From a virus (lineage: Duplodnaviria > Caudoviricetes), in IMG/VR virus record IMGVR_UViG_3300044836_000052, positions 1 through 41,741 of that record: a stretch of DNA of 41,741 nt. One strand, given 5' to 3'. Positions 8,182 through 16,711 of this stretch are shown in pieces. A program made the position numbers and the translations under genes. The notes under the pieces are model-generated. The model was given only the letters and a program-made list of their open reading frames with translations, did no database searches and had not been told where the DNA came from. Position 1 is the stretch's first letter. Each line of letters opens with the position of its first letter.

Positions 8182-8930
8182 GAGGCGCCGCCGAGGAGGT
8201 CGAGCTGGCCGGGGCGCTCGAGCACGGTGAAGGCACGGATGCGGTACCCGGGCCCGGTGCTCACTCCCCAGACGCCGACCGTGCGGAGCCCGTCGACCTG
8301 GACGGGCACAACGTGGTGCAGGAGACCGACGCGCCCGCCGGGCGCGAGAGCAGCTGCGCACTCGCGGAGCAGGACGGTGGGGGTCGGGTACTGCTTGCCG
8401 AGGCCCCAGAGCTCCTCGGCATAGTCGTCGCCGTAGGGCGGGTCGGCGAGGATCCAGCGGCACGACGCGGGCCGGATCGGGAGCCACCGGACGTCGGCCC
8501 GTACGGCTGCGCCGACGTCGGCGCGCAGGTCGAACGTGAGGGGCGCGCGCATCGTGCCGGAGCAGAGATGGACGAGCGCGCTGAGGTCCTGGCATCCGAG
8601 GAGCCGGGCGGCCGCCTGGACGAAGCCGACGGGGTAGCCGCCACCCTCGGGCATGTGGCCGAGCTCGAGCGCGGGTGCCATCGAGAACATCGGGGAGTGC
8701 CCGGTGCTGCAGCCCTCGCCGTCCTTGCCTTGCCGGCCGGCGGCGGAGAGCTTCCGAGCGGAGCGAGCACGGCGCTTCTCGCGCTCGATCCCCTGCGGGG
8801 TGCGCTTGGTCTCCCGGCGGCCGCTGACCGCGTCGTCGACGTTGTGGCCACGGCGCAGCGCGTCGATCATGCCGGACCCACCAGGTGCGCACTCATCCGT
8901 GTGAGCGCCGGCGTTCATCGACTGGGTCAC
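8178..8930 (-). CDS. DNA amino-methyltransferase-like protein (DPPY), compact, with basic N-terminal extension
   Basis: G.YP.GF, VHLCSG (motif I variant), D.R.LP, ILADPPY, L.PGG. Exact start uncertain. Confidence 0.75.
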   Translation of the reverse strand: MTQSMNAGAHTDECAPGGSGMIDALRRGHNVDDAVSGRRETKRTPQGIEREKRRARSARKLSAAGRQGKDGEGCSTGHSPMFSMAPALELGHMPEGGGYPVGFVQAAARLLGCQDLSALVHLCSGTMRAPLTFDLRADVGAAVRADVRWLPIRPASCRWILADPPYGDDYAEELWGLGKQYPTPTVLLRECAAALAPGGRVGLLHHVVPVQVDGLRTVGVWGVSTGPGYRIRAFTVLERPGQLDLLGGAS

Positions 8931-9753
8931 GTCCCGACTCCAGCGAAGAGGCGGCCGTCAGCGAGCGGCCGGTTCGACCAGAGGACCTCTGTCGACTGCG
9001 GCAGATCGCCCGACGCCCGGTTGCTGCTGCGCCGCACGAGCTCGCGCTCGGTGCGGTCCCAGTCGCCGTAGAGGTCGTCGTAGAGCGGCGACGGGTAGCC
9101 CGACAGCAGGACCGTGGCGGGCGTGTCGTGGAGAGCGCCGGCGAGGCGGTGGTGGCTCTCCCTGTCGCCGAACTCGACGGCGTAACCGGAGCCGTTGACC
9201 CGGGTGGACAGGAGGTAGGGCGGGTCGACGTAGATGACGGCGTTTTCGGCTTGCCGTACATGGCGATGATGTCGACGGCGTCGCGGTTGTCGATGGTGAC
9301 GCTGCCCAGGCGGTGGGCGACGGCGGTCAGGTGAGCGATCCGGTTCTGCACGGTCTTGGCCTCGCCGTTCTGGCACTCGACTGACGACGACCAGCCGTTG
9401 CGGGCCCGGCCGCTCTTGTTGAAGCCCTGGTTGACGACGACCCACCAGCGCCGAGCGCGCTCGAGGTCGCTGAGCGGGCAGTCCAACTCGGCGGCGGCGA
9501 ACTCATCGCGGGCGTACGGGGTGAGCGAGCAGGCGCGGGCGAGGTCCTCGGGGTGGTCGCGGAGCATGCGGAAGAAGGTGACGATGTCGCCGTTGACGTC
9601 GTTGATGACCTCGTGGACAGCGGGCTTCTTGGCGAAGAGGACGGCGGCCGATCCGGCGAACGGCTCGACGTAGATGCGGTGCGGGGGCAGCAGCGACGCG
9701 ATCCAGGGCGCGAGGCGGGCCTTGCCGCCGTAGTAGGCGAACGGCGGCTTCAT
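8927..9753 (-). pseudogene. D12-class DNA adenine methylase (Dam-like), split by a frameshift near 9245
   Basis: N-half MKPPFAYYGGK...YVEPFAGSAAV...EVINDVNGD. C-half VIYVDPPY...SGY...TEVLWSN lies in the -1 frame. Confidence 0.85.
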
Positions 9754-10238
9754 GCGGCGGCTCGGAGCCGGATGAGCGTGCGGCGGCGACGGTCGGGCTG
9801 GTAGGTGCGGTCGCGCCACCAGCCGGCGACGAGGAAGCAGTAGCCGGGGTTGGTGCTGGCGACCTTGGCGGCGTCGACGTAGGTGGACCATCCGTCTCGG
9901 GGGGGGGTCGGGATGGGCAGAGCCCAGAGGGCAGCGGTCAGCTCCATGGCGGCGAGGATCAGGTCGCTGGAGAGGCCGGCGCCCTCGTTGCGGAACACGC
10001 TGCAGCGCCAGCTGTCGAGGCGGTCCTGCGGGTACTTGGGCCAGGTGGTGACCCACGTAGCGCGCTCGCACGGCGTGACGAGCACGAGCTTGCGGTTGGG
10101 GCCGCCGACCTTCCCGGAGCCGATCGAGGTCGGCCGGCGGCTGTAGTGGCGATCGGTGAGGGCGCAGGCGGCCGCGTCAGTGGAGCGACGGACTTGCCAG
10201 ATGCCGGCGTCGAGGCCCGGCAGGGTCAGCGCAGTCAT
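9750..10238 (-). CDS. Putative Mom-like GNAT-fold DNA modification protein
   Basis: DRHYSR, CSVFRNE..LSSDLI, TYVD...NPGYCF..AGW resemble the HY ... (S/T)(Y/F)xD...G..Y/F.A.(N/G)W pattern of Mu Mom-like proteins. Adjacent to MTases. Confidence 0.55.
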   Translation of the reverse strand: MTALTLPGLDAGIWQVRRSTDAAACALTDRHYSRRPTSIGSGKVGGPNRKLVLVTPCERATWVTTWPKYPQDRLDSWRCSVFRNEGAGLSSDLILAAMELTAALWALPIPTPPRDGWSTYVDAAKVASTNPGYCFLVAGWWRDRTYQPDRRRRTLIRLRAAA

Positions 10239-10564
10239 CGGAGGGTCGCCTCGGCCTGGGCCTTGCGGTTGCGGCGGGCGCGCCGCACGCTGGCGAGCTT
10301 GTCGACGCGAGCGGCTTCGACCCGGTCGCGGTGGGCGTCGATCTCGGCGGCGACCTCGCGGGCGTGGTCGCGCAGCAGGGTCGTCTCGCGCAGCGTCCCG
10401 GCAAGGCCGACCGCGCCGAGCTGCCCGAACTGCGGCAGGTGCTCGAGCGCGTCGGCGGTGAAGAGCAGCGCGCGGCCAATCCGGGCGCAGCCGTCAAGCG
10501 TGAAGGTGAGGTCGAGCCTGACGTGACCGTCGAGCGGAGCGTGAGCGAAGGCGTCGTCGTGCAT
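10235..10564 (-). CDS. Hypothetical protein
   Basis: Coupled ORF with a basic helical C-terminus. Confidence 0.65.
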   Translation of the reverse strand: MHDDAFAHAPLDGHVRLDLTFTLDGCARIGRALLFTADALEHLPQFGQLGAVGLAGTLRETTLLRDHAREVAAEIDAHRDRVEAARVDKLASVRRARRNRKAQAEATLR

Positions 10565-10891
10565 CTACGCGCCGAACTTCTTGAGGAAGCCGGACCGGTG
10601 GTATCTGCCGTCGCCGGAGCCCTTCGCCTTCTTCGCCGGCCGCCGGAACTCGTCGACGGCGACGCAGGTGGCGTGGTGGGGCATGTACCGCTCGACGCCC
10701 TCGTCGAAGAGCTCGCGGTTGTTCTCGACGCGGCACTCGTCGACGAGCCGGCCGCGGAAGTGGACGCGCTTGCCGGTGAGCACGACGTTGCCGTCGGGGT
10801 CGGGGTGCACGTCGAGCGGCATGAGCTTCCCGGCGGGGGTGAGCGCCCAGCGGACTGGCTGGCGGCAGGCGGCGGCGGTGCAGATGCTCAC
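10565..10891 (-). CDS. Small putative zinc-binding phage protein
   Basis: C....C..PVRW....GKLMPLD..P...GN...Y.PH.ATC. Confidence 0.7.
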   Translation of the reverse strand: MSICTAAACRQPVRWALTPAGKLMPLDVHPDPDGNVVLTGKRVHFRGRLVDECRVENNRELFDEGVERYMPHHATCVAVDEFRRPAKKAKGSGDGRYHRSGFLKKFGA

Positions 10892-11118
10892 CGGAGGGCC
10901 TCGGGGAGCCGGTCGAACGGGGTGACGGCGCGGGGACGGGGGCTCTTGCGGGCGCGTCGGCCGGCCTCGGAGCGTGCGCTGTCGACGTGCTGGCGGTGCA
11001 TGTCGGCGGCGAGGCGGCGGGTGCGGCGCGGGATGCCGCGCCAGCTGCACGAGCAGGTGGCGATGTACCCGTGCCGCGAGAGCGTCTCGACGGCGAAGCG
11101 GTGGATGCTGGCCTTCAC
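10888..11118 (-). CDS. Small basic protein (CxC...HxxxH)
   Basis: ATCSCSWRG...HRQH. GTGA overlaps. Confidence 0.6.
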   Translation of the reverse strand: MKASIHRFAVETLSRHGYIATCSCSWRGIPRRTRRLAADMHRQHVDSARSEAGRRARKSPRPRAVTPFDRLPEALR

Positions 11119-11453
11119 GGCGTCGGCTCCTCATCGGCGTCGGCCTGGCCGCTCGCGTTGGCGTCCTGGGCGGCCGCTCGGGCCTCGCGGACGGCCTTGC
11201 GAATCGAGTCGGGCAGCGCGAGCAGGACGTCGTCGGGGATCGCGAGCACGATCGGCGGCATCCAGCCGATGCCGTAGACCTCGAACGCGATGCCGAGCGC
11301 TGGGTGCGCGACGCCGTCGATGACGATCGTGGTGCCGCCGTACTGGACGTCGATGGCGATGATCGGCCGCGGCTCTTCGAAGGGCGGGGCGGCAGGCTGG
11401 CCGAGGATGGGGACGCCGCCGCCGAGGTCGACGGCGCCGGAGAGATCGGCCAT
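11115..11453 (-). CDS. Hypothetical protein
   Basis: Coupled ORF, GC3-rich. Confidence 0.65.
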   Translation of the reverse strand: MADLSGAVDLGGGVPILGQPAAPPFEEPRPIIAIDVQYGGTTIVIDGVAHPALGIAFEVYGIGWMPPIVLAIPDDVLLALPDSIRKAVREARAAAQDANASGQADADEEPTP

Positions 11454-11599
11454 CAGGGGGCCGTCCAGATCACGGCGGGGCCGGCGGTGAGCGTCCCGAC
11501 CGGGCCGGGCGCGCCGTGGCGGGCGACGGGGCGCCCGGCGAAGACGACGAGCAGGATGACGATGACGATGGCGATGACGAGCACGGCGACGGCTCTCAC
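11453..11599 (-). CDS. Small membrane protein (not in ORF track)
   Basis: MRAVAVLVIAIVIVILLVVFAGRP..., 48 aa, fills the gap in the operon. Confidence 0.6.
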   Translation of the reverse strand: MRAVAVLVIAIVIVILLVVFAGRPVARHGAPGPVGTLTAGPAVIWTAP

Positions 11600-11600
11600 G

Positions 11601-12078
11601 TCAGGGCGCCTCGAGGCGCAGCGCCCAAGCGTGGTGCCCCAGCTCGTCGAGCAGCCGGCTCATGGCCTCGGCGTCGGTCTTGGTCTGCAGGACGGCGGTG
11701 CGGAACTCCTCGACGCCGTTGGGCTGCACGGCGAGCAGCCACCGGTCCGTGGGGGCCGGGGGGGGGGTCGGCAGGCGTCGGCTTGGCGGCGGGCCGGCGG
11801 GGCGCGGGCTTGGCGGCCGTGCGCGGCGGCTTCGGTGTGGCCGGCTCGGGCGCGTGGGAGCGGCCCTGGTGGATGGCGAGGCCGGTGGGGCTGGCGAACG
11901 TGCGCGGGCACGACGGGCAGGCGTGGCTGGCCGGCTGGGCGGGAGCCTCGGGCTCGGTGGTCTCGGTGATGGTCACGGGCGATGCCTCCTGGGCTGGTCG
12001 GGGTGGGGCGGCCGGCGCGGCGGGCGTGCCGTAGAGCTGGCGCTTGGCCGCGGCGATCTGGGCGCGTCCCGCGCTCAT
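11601..12078 (-). CDS. C2H2 zinc-finger protein, apparently frameshifted at a C10 tract (11758-11767)
   Basis: CPSCPRTFASPTGLAIHQGRSH. After the tract the GC3-rich frame reads PAPTDRWLLAVQPNGVEEFRTAVL...LEAP*. Alternative start GTG at 11976 with AGGAGG. Confidence 0.65.
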
Positions 12079-12737
12079 CCGAACGCCGCCTCGAGGACGG
12101 CCTTCGCTGCGCCGAGCCGCTTGAAGAGGTCGGGGTCGCCGCCGACGTCGGGGTGCAGCGCCTTCGCCGCGTCCTTGTAGAGCGACAGGGCGAAGGCAGG
12201 GTCCTCGGCGACCTCGACGAGCCAGCCGGGGTCGCCGGCGTGCTCGGCGATGAAGCGGGCTGCCTGCTCGACGGTCATGGCCCCTGGCCCGACGGCGATG
12301 CCGGAGCCGAGCTCGCGATAGCCGGCGTACTGCTGGCCGCGCTCGGCGATCCCGTAGCGCTCGACCTTGCGGAGCGCCTCGAGGCCGAGCGCGATGGCGC
12401 GCAGGTTGTGCTGCCAGCCGGGGCCGCCGCGGTAGCCGGGCGCCTGGAACCGGTCGGTCGCGTACACGAGCGACCCGTGGGCGCGGCTCTCGATGGTGAG
12501 GATGACGCCGGGGTGGTTGACCTTGGCGTCGGCGCGGAGCTGCCCGTCGAGGCGGACGTCGCGGTCGCTGGCGTCGACCTGCAGCGTGACTTCGCGGCAT
12601 CCGAGGTGGACGAGCTCGCGGTCGAGGATGTCGAGCGTGTCGGCGTAGCTGCCGCTGAACGGGCTGCGCGGGCGGTCGGCGCCGGCGGTCTTGAACGAGT
12701 CGGGCCACACCTTGATCGGGCGGAAGGTCAGCAGCAC
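12075..12737 (-). CDS. Phage protein with C-terminal J-domain (DnaJ-like)
   Basis: ...WQHNLRAIALGLEALRKVERYG... and YKDAAKALHPDVGGDPDLFKRL (HPD motif). Confidence 0.85.
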   Translation of the reverse strand: MLLTFRPIKVWPDSFKTAGADRPRSPFSGSYADTLDILDRELVHLGCREVTLQVDASDRDVRLDGQLRADAKVNHPGVILTIESRAHGSLVYATDRFQAPGYRGGPGWQHNLRAIALGLEALRKVERYGIAERGQQYAGYRELGSGIAVGPGAMTVEQAARFIAEHAGDPGWLVEVAEDPAFALSLYKDAAKALHPDVGGDPDLFKRLGAAKAVLEAAFG

Positions 12738-12738
12738 G

Positions 12739-13074
12739 TCAGGACCCCCCCCTGAGCACGGCGGCGGGCGCGTAGTCGGCGAACATCGCCAGGTCACCGC
12801 GGAGGACCGCGCCCACTGCGAACGCTGAGGCGGGGCAGACGAGGCCGAGCTGCTCGAGCGAGGCGACCTGCGCGGTGAGCAGCGTCGTGGCGCTGACGGC
12901 GGCGAGCAGGGTGCGCTCGTCGTGGAGGTCAAGCCGTCCCGCGCCGAAGAGGTCGCGGATCGTGGCCGACACCTGGTCGGCCTGGGAGCGGATCAGCGGC
13001 GAGGCGTGGTCGAGGTCGCCGGCGCAGTCGCGCAGAGCGCCCGCGACGAGCGACCAGTCGAGCGGCGCCGTCAC
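12739..13074 (-). CDS. Hypothetical protein
   Basis: GTG start overlapping the upstream stop. Confidence 0.6.
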   Translation of the reverse strand: MTAPLDWSLVAGALRDCAGDLDHASPLIRSQADQVSATIRDLFGAGRLDLHDERTLLAAVSATTLLTAQVASLEQLGLVCPASAFAVGAVLRGDLAMFADYAPAAVLRGGS

Positions 13075-13322
13075 AGCACACCGCTGGTGACGTTGAGCGT
13101 GATGACGGGCCGGAAGTGGCTGTCGCCGACGAGCGCGGCGTAGGTGGTGTCGGCGGTCCACAGCTCGCACGGGAGGTCGGCGCCGAGGCAGAGCGTCTGG
13201 TGGCTGGTGTCGGCGAGCCGGCCGACGGCGTCGATGACCTCCTGCTCGTCGACGTCACAGCCGTCGTCGAGGAGGGCGGTCAGGAGCAGCTGCACGTCGC
13301 GGGCGTGGTCGATGTCGGCCAT
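13071..13322 (-). CDS. Hypothetical protein
   Basis: GGAGG RBS, TGATG coupling. Confidence 0.65.
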   Translation of the reverse strand: MADIDHARDVQLLLTALLDDGCDVDEQEVIDAVGRLADTSHQTLCLGADLPCELWTADTTYAALVGDSHFRPVITLNVTSGVL

Positions 13323-13498
13323 CAGCGGAACCTCCACCAGTCGAGGAGCCGGTGCACGGTGCCGATGCCGGCGACCACGAAGAACGTGACGCCGAGCAGC
13401 GCGAGGCCGGGGTCCTGCAGCTGCACAGACCGGCCGAGCGCGACCGCGCCGAGCGCAGCGCCGGAGGCCCAGAAGGCGGGGTGGTCGTCGATGTTCAC
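13322..13498 (-). CDS. Small membrane protein
   Basis: Two hydrophobic segments, GTGA overlap. Confidence 0.6.
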   Translation of the reverse strand: MNIDDHPAFWASGAALGAVALGRSVQLQDPGLALLGVTFFVVAGIGTVHRLLDWWRFR

Positions 13499-14829
13499 GG
13501 CTGGCCGGCCTTCGCGGCGGTGTCCTCGGCGAACGAGACGAGCAGCTCGCACAGCGCGTCGCGCCCGGCGAGGTCGTCGAGCGACCCGGGGGCTTCGTCG
13601 CCGTCCTCCTTTGCGAGCCGCTGCGCTTCGGCGAGCAGGGTGGTGACCTTGACGCCGAGCTCGCCGAGGAAGGCACGCCAGTCGTCGCCGGTCCACTCGT
13701 ACGACGGCGTGTCGTCGTCTGCCCCGTCGCCGGCCGGGGGGGCGGGGGCCCCGACCGGCGACAGGTCCGGCGCGGCCGCCACCGCGACGTCCGCGGGCTG
13801 CTCGGTGACGAGCCGCGGCGACTCGCCGCTGTCGTCGACCCAGAGCTTCCCCTGAGCGATGGCGACCAGCGCCTCGAGGACGAGGCTGCCCTCCGCTGCG
13901 TCGATGTCCTTCGCGCTGGTCTTGACGCCGTTCGTGACCGCCGCGATGACCTGGTGGTGGTCGACGCCGGCCTTCTGAGCGCGCATGGCGATCTGCTGCG
14001 CCCGCGACGTGACGATCTCCTCGGGCTCGCCGGTGGGCGCATGCTCGTCGGGCTCCGGGATCGGCGGCGCCTCGGGCTCGGTGGCGGTGACGTCGACCGT
14101 CTCGCCGGGCAGCGGCGGCGACGGGACGTCCTCGACGCCGGCGGTGAGCGGCTTGGGGCGCTGGCGGCGCGCCCGGGGCTTCGCGCTGGCGGTCGCGGCG
14201 CGCACCGTCGGCGCGGCGGCCGGCGCCGGCGGGAGCTCGCCAGGCGCCTCGAGGTCGTCGTCGCCGAACCCCCACCCGGCTTCGACCTCCTCGGTCGCGT
14301 AGCTCATGCCGGCGAGGACGTCGGCGAAGACCATGCGGGCCAGCTCGCCGGTGGCGCGGGCGAGGAGCATGGCCCGCGGGTACTTCTTGTGGTTCTCGTT
14401 GTTCTGCAGGCCGGCCTTGACGACGTCGTCCTGCGTCCACGTGACCTTGGTGGCGTGGTCCTCGCCGGCGCGCTGCCCGACGAGCGTGACGCGGGTGTTG
14501 CTGGATTCCTCGACGCGGATCGTGTGGCCGGCGCGCTGGATGAGGGCCCGCATCAGCTCGGAGCGCATCGCGGTGCGGCCCTTGATGAAGTCGATCTTCT
14601 GGAGCGACTCGAAGGCGGAGATGCCGAGCTCGTGGCCGCGGATGATCGTGGCCATGACGGCGTCGGGCTTCCCGCGGATGTCGGCCGGGATGAACGGCGT
14701 GAGCGCGATGGCCTTCGCGAACTCGAAGCACGACTGCCACAGCTCGAGCTCCTCGCGGAGCCCGACGCGGGCGGTGAACGGGTCGAACGCGGCCAGCTCG
14801 TTGCTGGGCGCGGCGGGGACGAGGCTCAT
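13495..14829 (-). CDS. RecT/Red-beta-like single-strand annealing protein with long C-terminal extension
   Basis: FIP..IRGKP.....I..G.ELG......LQ.I..IKG......ELMRALI...YPRAMLLARA. Follows the exonuclease. Confidence 0.8.
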   Translation of the reverse strand: MSLVPAAPSNELAAFDPFTARVGLREELELWQSCFEFAKAIALTPFIPADIRGKPDAVMATIIRGHELGISAFESLQKIDFIKGRTAMRSELMRALIQRAGHTIRVEESSNTRVTLVGQRAGEDHATKVTWTQDDVVKAGLQNNENHKKYPRAMLLARATGELARMVFADVLAGMSYATEEVEAGWGFGDDDLEAPGELPPAPAAAPTVRAATASAKPRARRQRPKPLTAGVEDVPSPPLPGETVDVTATEPEAPPIPEPDEHAPTGEPEEIVTSRAQQIAMRAQKAGVDHHQVIAAVTNGVKTSAKDIDAAEGSLVLEALVAIAQGKLWVDDSGESPRLVTEQPADVAVAAAPDLSPVGAPAPPAGDGADDDTPSYEWTGDDWRAFLGELGVKVTTLLAEAQRLAKEDGDEAPGSLDDLAGRDALCELLVSFAEDTAAKAGQP

Positions 14830-15710
14830 GGGGCGACCGCCGGGGGGATGAGGGCCTCGCCGATGAGGTCGCGAGACCGGGCTTGGAACATGGCGACCTG
14901 CTGCACGTACAGGAACGCCCGGTGCTCGGTGACGTCGGCCTCGACGGGGTACAGGTCGTAGCCGTCGGCGCGCAGCCACAGCACGTGCACCGAGTCGAAC
15001 TCCGGCATCGGGACCTCGACGCCGTCGTCGTCGACGTAGAAGTCGGCGAACCGGTAGCCGGCGAGCTGCAGGGCGACCTCGCCGAACGGGCCGGACCGGC
15101 TGGTCTTGATGTCGATGAGCGAGAACCCCAGGTGCGCCGCCTTGCGGAGCCGGCAGCCGAGGTCGAGGGTGCCGCCGTACATGTGCTTGCGGGAGAACAC
15201 GGGCAGCTCGACGATCTCGTCGTACGGGTCCCAATCGGCTCGGAAGTCCATGTAGCTCTGGACGTGGCCCTTGAGCTCCTCGGGGACGACGACCTCTTCG
15301 CCCTCGGCGAGCCGGCGGGCGATGTCGTGGACCTCGGTGCCGCGGTTGCCGGCCTTGTCGCGCTGGCTGTTCGGCAGGCCGGAGAGGGCCTTGGCGATGG
15401 CGGTGCGCGACAGCTTCTCGGGCAGCGGCCGCTTCGCCTCGACGGCGAGCTCGCGGATGGCCTCGACGAGCTCGTCCGCGTAGTAGTGGCCGTCCTTGCC
15501 CTTGCTGAGGTTGTCGGCGACGAAGTCGGCGACGGACCCGGCGGCCCATCCGATCAGCGCAGGCTTGGGGAGCCCGTCGCTGATGATGGTGGTGACGCCG
15601 GAGACCTTCATGGTGCCGCCGTCGTCGTCGATGACGCGGTGGTAGGAGTGGTTCCGGCCGTGGTTCTTGCGGACCCACGTGCCCTTCGGCGGCGGCTTCT
15701 TGGCGGCCAT
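14826..15710 (-). CDS. PD-(D/E)XK exonuclease (RecE-like recombination partner)
   Basis: SGVTTII...KPAL..W, RGTEVH, YGGTLD, LIDIKTS, ALQLAGY. Confidence 0.85.
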   Translation of the reverse strand: MAAKKPPPKGTWVRKNHGRNHSYHRVIDDDGGTMKVSGVTTIISDGLPKPALIGWAAGSVADFVADNLSKGKDGHYYADELVEAIRELAVEAKRPLPEKLSRTAIAKALSGLPNSQRDKAGNRGTEVHDIARRLAEGEEVVVPEELKGHVQSYMDFRADWDPYDEIVELPVFSRKHMYGGTLDLGCRLRKAAHLGFSLIDIKTSRSGPFGEVALQLAGYRFADFYVDDDGVEVPMPEFDSVHVLWLRADGYDLYPVEADVTEHRAFLYVQQVAMFQARSRDLIGEALIPPAVAP

Positions 15711-16201
15711 CAGAACGGCTCGTTCACGGTCTCGGCGGCGGCACGCGCTGCGGTGACGATCTCGGGGACCGGCCGCTTCGCTCGCTCGGCCCGGCGCGCC
15801 AGCTCGTCGGAGAGCGCCTCGACGTGGCCTCGCATGAGGTTGAACGACGAGCGGACGTCGTCGAAGTTGCGAGCCAGCTGCCGGATCTGCTCGTCGCGCT
15901 GGTCGACGCCGCGGGCCAGCCCGTCCCCGGCCTCATCGGCGGCCTCGGCGACGAGCTCGGCTTGGTCGCCGAGCAGGCGCGCCATCGGCTGGCCGATGAA
16001 CTTGGCGAGCCCGTCGATCATGCCGCGCAGCGCGGCGTACTCGGTGTTGGCCCGGCCGGTCTGCGCAAGCGCGTAGTCGACGGGGTTCGCCGTCGAGTGC
16101 AGGTGTGCGAACGGGGTCGCACCACGGCGCGCGTTCAGCCGCGCCGACTCGACGGCGCCGCAGTCCATCCGGCGCGGCTGGTCGTAGTCGAGACGGCCCA
16201 T
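15710..16201 (-). CDS. Hypothetical coiled-coil protein
   Basis: TGATG coupling at both ends. Confidence 0.65.
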   Translation of the reverse strand: MGRLDYDQPRRMDCGAVESARLNARRGATPFAHLHSTANPVDYALAQTGRANTEYAALRGMIDGLAKFIGQPMARLLGDQAELVAEAADEAGDGLARGVDQRDEQIRQLARNFDDVRSSFNLMRGHVEALSDELARRAERAKRPVPEIVTAARAAAETVNEPF

Positions 16202-16677
16202 CAGCGGGCCTCGACGAGCGAGAGCACCGCGGCGTTCACCGCGTGCGACGCCGCCATCGTGTCGGCCAGCACGTGCGCCGGCAGCTCGGAGCGGTGCTCG
16301 ACCAGCCACGCCGACAGCCGATCGACGGTGTCGGCCTGGACGTCGTGCATCCCGGCGAGGTCGTGCACGTGCGCGGCGCAGAACCACAGACCGCCACCGG
16401 CGTCGAGACCGGCGAGCGAGTCGTCGGCCCGGAACCACGTCGAGCACGACATGCACGGGACGAGGCCCAGCAGGCGGAGCGCGTTGGCCTGGGCCACCAG
16501 CTGCTGCGTCGTGCTCTCGACGCGCCGCGCCAGATGGTCGAGCTTGCGGCTGAGGTCGGCGACCTGGCCGACGAGCGGCGGGCCCTCGCCGGCGGTGGGC
16601 AGGTCGACGCCGACGATCTCCTCGAGGTTCGCGATGCGGCCCATGCGCGCCGCGGTCTCCTGCGCGGCGTCCGTCAT
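16201..16677 (-). CDS. Hypothetical protein with CxxC...CxxH motif
   Basis: PCMSC...FCAAH, GAGG RBS. Confidence 0.65.
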   Translation of the reverse strand: MTDAAQETAARMGRIANLEEIVGVDLPTAGEGPPLVGQVADLSRKLDHLARRVESTTQQLVAQANALRLLGLVPCMSCSTWFRADDSLAGLDAGGGLWFCAAHVHDLAGMHDVQADTVDRLSAWLVEHRSELPAHVLADTMAASHAVNAAVLSLVEAR

Positions 16678-16711
16678 CGCGCCGCCTCGATGGTCGGGGG
16701 GGGGAGGGGCG

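Noticed and set aside
14826-15710. Exonuclease as a CRISPR Cas4
   Set aside because: No repeat-spacer array seen, no Fe-S cysteine set, and it is paired with a RecT-like gene.
9899-16704. Other homopolymers (G9 at 9899, C8 at 12745, G9 near 16696) as phase-variable switches
   Set aside because: The reading frames stay intact or the tract is intergenic, so there is no evidence of an effect.
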